Positions 33,763 through 37,127 of a DNA stretch of 37,127 nt are shown here, one piece after another. Position 1 is the first letter of the stretch. Each line of letters begins with the position of its first letter. Position numbers and translations under genes: made by a program. Source of the stretch: a virus (lineage: Duplodnaviria > Caudoviricetes); the IMG/VR virus record IMGVR_UViG_3300030708_000492, positions 1 through 37,127 of that record, one strand, 5' to 3'. The notes beneath the pieces were generated by a model, which was not told where the DNA came from, ran no database searches, and saw nothing but the letters and a program-made list of their open reading frames with translations.

Positions 33763-36700
33763 ATGGCTTCACTTACAGGAACTAAAATTAAAGATACTTA
33801 TGATGGTCTGTTAAAAGTAACAGATAATGTTGGTATAAATTCTACAAAAAAAATAATTACAGACGGATTAGGCAATAATTCTAGTGTAAAAATATCTAGT
33901 GAAGATTTCGAAGTAGGCGGTTTTTTCTTTATTGACATTGACGGTAATGTGCCAGATTCTAAAATTGGTATTGGTACAAATTCACCAACAGAAACTTTAC
34001 ATGTAGTTGGTGACTTTCGTTTAACAGCAAGATTTTTTGACGGCAGTAATTCTGCTGGTACTTCTGGGCGTGTACTTATGTCAACTGGTTCTGCAACTAG
34101 TTGGTCAAATACTTTTACAACAGCAATGACTTTTGATGCTGGTGTTATTTTAAACGCTGGTATTAAAGATTATACAGGTGCAACAGGTACAGCTGGTCAA
34201 GTTTTAAGTTCAACTGGTTCAGATGTTGAATGGGTTTCACTTTCAGAAATTCAAGGTGTTGACGGTTCTGGTACTGCAAATTATATTCCTATATGGACTG
34301 ATTCTGATACATTAGGAAATTCAGTTATATATCAATCTAACTCTAATATTGGCATTGGTACTTTGTCGCCTGGTAGTTATAAATTAAATCTTTTTGGTGA
34401 ATTTAAATTAGATTCTAATGGTAGTGGTTATATGCAATCTGATTACGGTGATCATAAAATTTCAATATTTGATTTAAACGACAATGAAGTAGTTTCATTT
34501 AAAGATTTGGACAGTAATTCTGCTAATCAATTAGTTGTTGCGTCAACTGGTGTTGGTGTTGGTGTTAATAACCCTTTAGCTAAATTACATGCATCAGTCG
34601 GTAGTTCTGGTGTAAGTTCAGTGGACACTGGAACTTCTGCAATAATTGAAAGTAACACAACTAATTATTTAAGATTTACAAATCCAGACGCAAATTTAGG
34701 CGGTTTAGTTTGGACTTCACCAAGTGATAATTTTGGTGCATTTATAAGATGGGGACATAGCACTGGTGCAATGACAATAGCAACAGCTAACAGCAACGAC
34801 AATATAGTTTTTTCGACTGACAATGCATCTGAAAAAATGCGTATTACTAGCGCAGGCAACGTAGGTATTGGAACTACTAGTCCGTCAACTAAATTGGATG
34901 TAAATGCTGGAACTGCTAACCTTGTTGCAAACTTTACAAGTACTGATTCTATTGCAGAAATAAGAATAGAAGATAGTAGCAAATACACAAGATTACTAAC
35001 TGTAGGCACTCAGTTTAAAATAATGCCAAATGATGGTTCTGAAACTTTAATATTAGACGGTAATGATGATTCAGCTACTTTTGCTGGGAATATATTACCT
35101 AGTGCTAACGTTTCAAAAAATTTAGGTTCGACTTCAAATTATTTTTTAAATGTTAACGCTTATGTTTTAAGGAGTGGTGGCGTTTTACAATTCAAAAGCA
35201 ATGGTGACAATGAAAGAATGAGGATTGATGCTAGTGGGAATGTCGGTATAGGCACTACTTCGCCAGCAAATAAATTAGAAGTTGTTGGTGATTTAAGAAT
35301 TAAAAATGCAAATGGTTCAAACCCAACAGACGCTGGCAGTTTAATATTTGCAGAAACAGGTGGTACTTGGGGAAGCAACTTGTATGGATTTAGAATTAAT
35401 CAAGAAGGCAGTAATAATTATTTAAATTTTCAATCAGCAAATACAACGACTGTTAAAGACATTTTAACTTTAACAAGAGATACAGCCAGAGTTGGCATTG
35501 GTTCTATTTCGCCTAATGAAAAATTTTCAGTTACTGGTGGTCATATTGCTTTAGATAATGGTGGCGCTTATATATTAGGTGGCGCTACAACTAGTTCTAT
35601 TATTGGTAGATTAAAAAACACATCTGGAGTTTATACTTTAGATGGTGAAGGTACAAGAAATATAAGATTAGGCAGTGAAACTAACGGTGAAGTTGTAAGA
35701 ATAGACAACACAAATGGTCGAGTTGGTATTGGAACTACTTCGCCTAGCCAAACATTACAAGTTTCCAGCGATTCTGGTCAAATAATTGCTAACTTTAACG
35801 CTAGTAACAGTAGCACAGCAACAAATAATGGTGGCGCTATTCTTGAGTTACAAAATATTAATTCTACAAATGGCAATCAAAGTAGCGTTGTATTTAGAGA
35901 TTCTAACGGTAATGGGTCAAGCGCAATATTTGGTTATAACGCAGATCATTCAGACGGTGAAGGTTTTTTAACATTTGGCACTAGAAATTCATCAGGTACT
36001 TTTGGCGAAAAAATGCGTATTACATCTGGTGGTAACGTTGGTATTGGAACTACTTCGCCTAGTTATCCTTTAGACATAGTTGGTTTTGCTAATTCAAGTT
36101 CTGGCTTTAGAGTAACTGATGGCACAATTGATAATAGAATAAGTTGGTCGAGTGGTAATGTTGGGTTTTTTGGTACTATATCAAATCATCCAATTGCGTT
36201 TAATACAAATTCTATCGAAAGAATGCGTATTGCTGGAAATAAAGTTTTAGTAGGCACTACATCAAATCAAACAGATTCTAGATTAACAAGTAGACAAAAT
36301 GGTAGTTCAATTGAATTTGGTCATGGAAATCAAAGTGGACAATATTATGGTACTATAGGTTGCATGTCTAGTTCAGGCGCTCCGTTTATAGCATTTAGCG
36401 CTGATAATACTACTGGAAATTCATTTACAACCAGAGGCGCAAAAGGTTTTGTTATTTCTCAAGACACTAGTATAAATGGTGATTTAATATTTAGTGCATT
36501 AACTAGCGACGCAGCATCAAATCAAGGTTTTGTTAGAAGAATGACAATTACTAACGCTGGTGATGTAGGTATTGGAACTACTACACCTAGCCAAAAACTT
36601 CACGTAGTTGGCACACAAATAAGATTAGATAATAATTCAGGCGGTGGTGGTGGTTATTATTTATTTAATGGGTCAGGCACTTTTAGAGCTGCTCTTTGGG

Positions 36701-37127
36701 ACAATGGCGATAGCACAAGATTATTTGCAGACGGCAATGGTTCAACAGCTACTATAACTATTGAAAGTAATAACGCAACTTTTGCTGGTGCTGTAACAGT
36801 TGAAGGTGGTATATTACATTTAGGAAAAGCAGATACATCATCTGGTCATATTAACGCTAAAGAGTTAATGACGTTTAACATTGACACAGACAATGATGAC
36901 ACTAACAGATATTTTGGGTGGTTTACTAATGGTGAATCAGCTAGTGGTAGTGAGTTAATGAGATTAACAGAAGATGGAAAATTGGGTATAGGAACTACTG
37001 CGCCTGTATCTAGTTATCAATTAACAATTGAAGATGGTTCAACAGCTGGTATTGCATTAAGTGACACTGGACAATCTGGTGATTATCAATTTGCGGCTAA
37101 TTCTGATTTATGTTATTGGCGTTATGA
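33763..37127 (+). CDS. Giant repetitive fibre/adhesin protein, N-terminal part (3'-truncated, about 1121 codons; missing from the track)
   Basis: ATG GCT TCA CTT (MASLTGTKIKDTYDGLLK...). No stop seen in the stretches translated by hand, and its absence from the track fits a frame open to the end. Same GIGTTSP modules as 1-5151. Confidence 0.88.
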   Translation, partial: MASLTGTKIKDTYDGLLKVTDNVGINSTKKIITDGLGNNSSVKISSEDFEVGGFFFIDIDGNVPDSKIGIGTNSPTETLHVVGDFRLTARFFDGSNSAGTSGRVLMSTGSATSWSNTFTTAMTFDAGVILNAGIKDYTGATGTAGQVLSSTGSDVEWVSLSEIQGVDGSGTANYIPIWTDSDTLGNSVIYQSNSNIGIGTLSPGSYKLNLFGEFKLDSNGSGYMQSDYGDHKISIFDLNDNEVVSFKDLDSNSANQLVVASTGVGVGVNNPLAKLHASVGSSGVSSVDTGTSAIIESNTTNYLRFTNPDANLGGLVWTSPSDNFGAFIRWGHSTGAMTIATANSNDNIVFSTDNASEKMRITSAGNVGIGTTSPSTKLDVNAGTANLVANFTSTDSIAEIRIEDSSKYTRLLTVGTQFKIMPNDGSETLILDGNDDSATFAGNILPSANVSKNLGSTSNYFLNVNAYVLRSGGVLQFKSNGDNERMRIDASGNVGIGTTSPANKLEVVGDLRIKNANGSNPTDAGSLIFAETGGTWGSNLYGFRINQEGSNNYLNFQSANTTTVKDILTLTRDTARVGIGSISPNEKFSVTGGHIALDNGGAYILGGATTSSIIGRLKNTSGVYTLDGEGTRNIRLGSETNGEVVRIDNTNGRVGIGTTSPSQTLQVSSDSGQIIANFNASNSSTATNNGGAILELQNINSTNGNQSSVVFRDSNGNGSSAIFGYNADHSDGEGFLTFGTRNSSGTFGEKMRITSGGNVGIGTTSPSYPLDIVGFANSSSGFRVTDGTIDNRISWSSGNVGFFGTISNHPIAFNTNSIERMRIAGNKVLVGTTSNQTDSRLTSRQNGSSIEFGHGNQSGQYYGTIGCMSSSGAPFIAFSADNTTGNSFTTRGAKGFVISQDTSINGDLIFSALTSDAASNQGFVRRMTITNAGDVGIGTTTPSQKLHVVGTQIRLDNNSGGGGGYYLFNGSGTFRAALWDNGDSTRLFADGNGSTATITIESNNATFAGAVTVEGGILHLGKADTSSGHINAKELMTFNIDTDNDDTNRYFGWFTNGESASGSELMRLTEDGKLGIGTTAPVSSYQLTIEDGSTAGIALSDTGQSGDYQFAANSDLCYWRY
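35989..36065 (+). repeat. 77-bp exact direct repeat, copy 2
   Basis: Identical to 1-77. Confidence 0.95.
37001..37127 (+). repeat. 127-bp direct repeat, copy 2
   Basis: Matches 1175-1301 with 2 mismatches. Confidence 0.95.

Noticed and set aside
250-35971. All minus-strand ORFs and the short alternative-frame plus ORFs (17036-17233, 35786-35971) in the track
   Set aside because: They are shadows of well-supported plus-strand genes, with no motifs, promoters or leaders of their own.
1-37127. Physical direct terminal repeats
   Set aside because: The two ends match internal positions rather than each other, lie mid-gene, and have k-mer-like lengths.
1-37127. Alternative genetic code
   Set aside because: Standard-code ORFs tile the genome densely, and TAA, TGA and TAG all end genes at sensible positions.

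Overview
An essentially complete genome (about 36 kb) of an AT-rich, HK97-fold siphovirus with every real gene on the + strand. The host is most likely Bacteroidota/Flavobacteriia: TAnnTTTG -7 promoter boxes recur, and translation starts are A-rich with no Shine-Dalgarno sequence. Gene order from base 1: C-part of a giant repetitive fibre gene, a nucleotidyltransferase-like ORF, two tail tube paralogs, a tail chaperone with a GGGAAAG -1 frameshift, tape measure and one tail-tip gene. Next come a replication/recombination module (HTH, SSAP, SSB, DUF3310, RecE-like, DnaA-domain-IV-like, VRR-NUC, initiator with a candidate origin, primase-helicase, ABC-ATPase/GNAT fusion), small-ORF island 1, terS/terL, an extended portal, MuF, protease and capsid. 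These are followed by small-ORF island 2, a PD-(D/E)XK nuclease, neck genes, an envelope/lysis cassette with a predicted beta-barrel, and the N-part of the fibre gene, which runs off the end. I saw no integrase, DNA polymerase, tRNA or CRISPR. Most notable: (1) the window ends do not overlap each other but define two different in-frame fibre segments between the same flanks, with breakpoints at the GIGTTSP repeat motif; (2) U-rich 3' UTRs before terminators are complementary to translation-start regions of early and replication genes (candidate anti-start sRNAs); (3) a Mom-like ABC-GNAT fusion, a phage nucleotidyltransferase and an exported-protein cassette. All family calls come from motif recognition by eye; no database searches were run.
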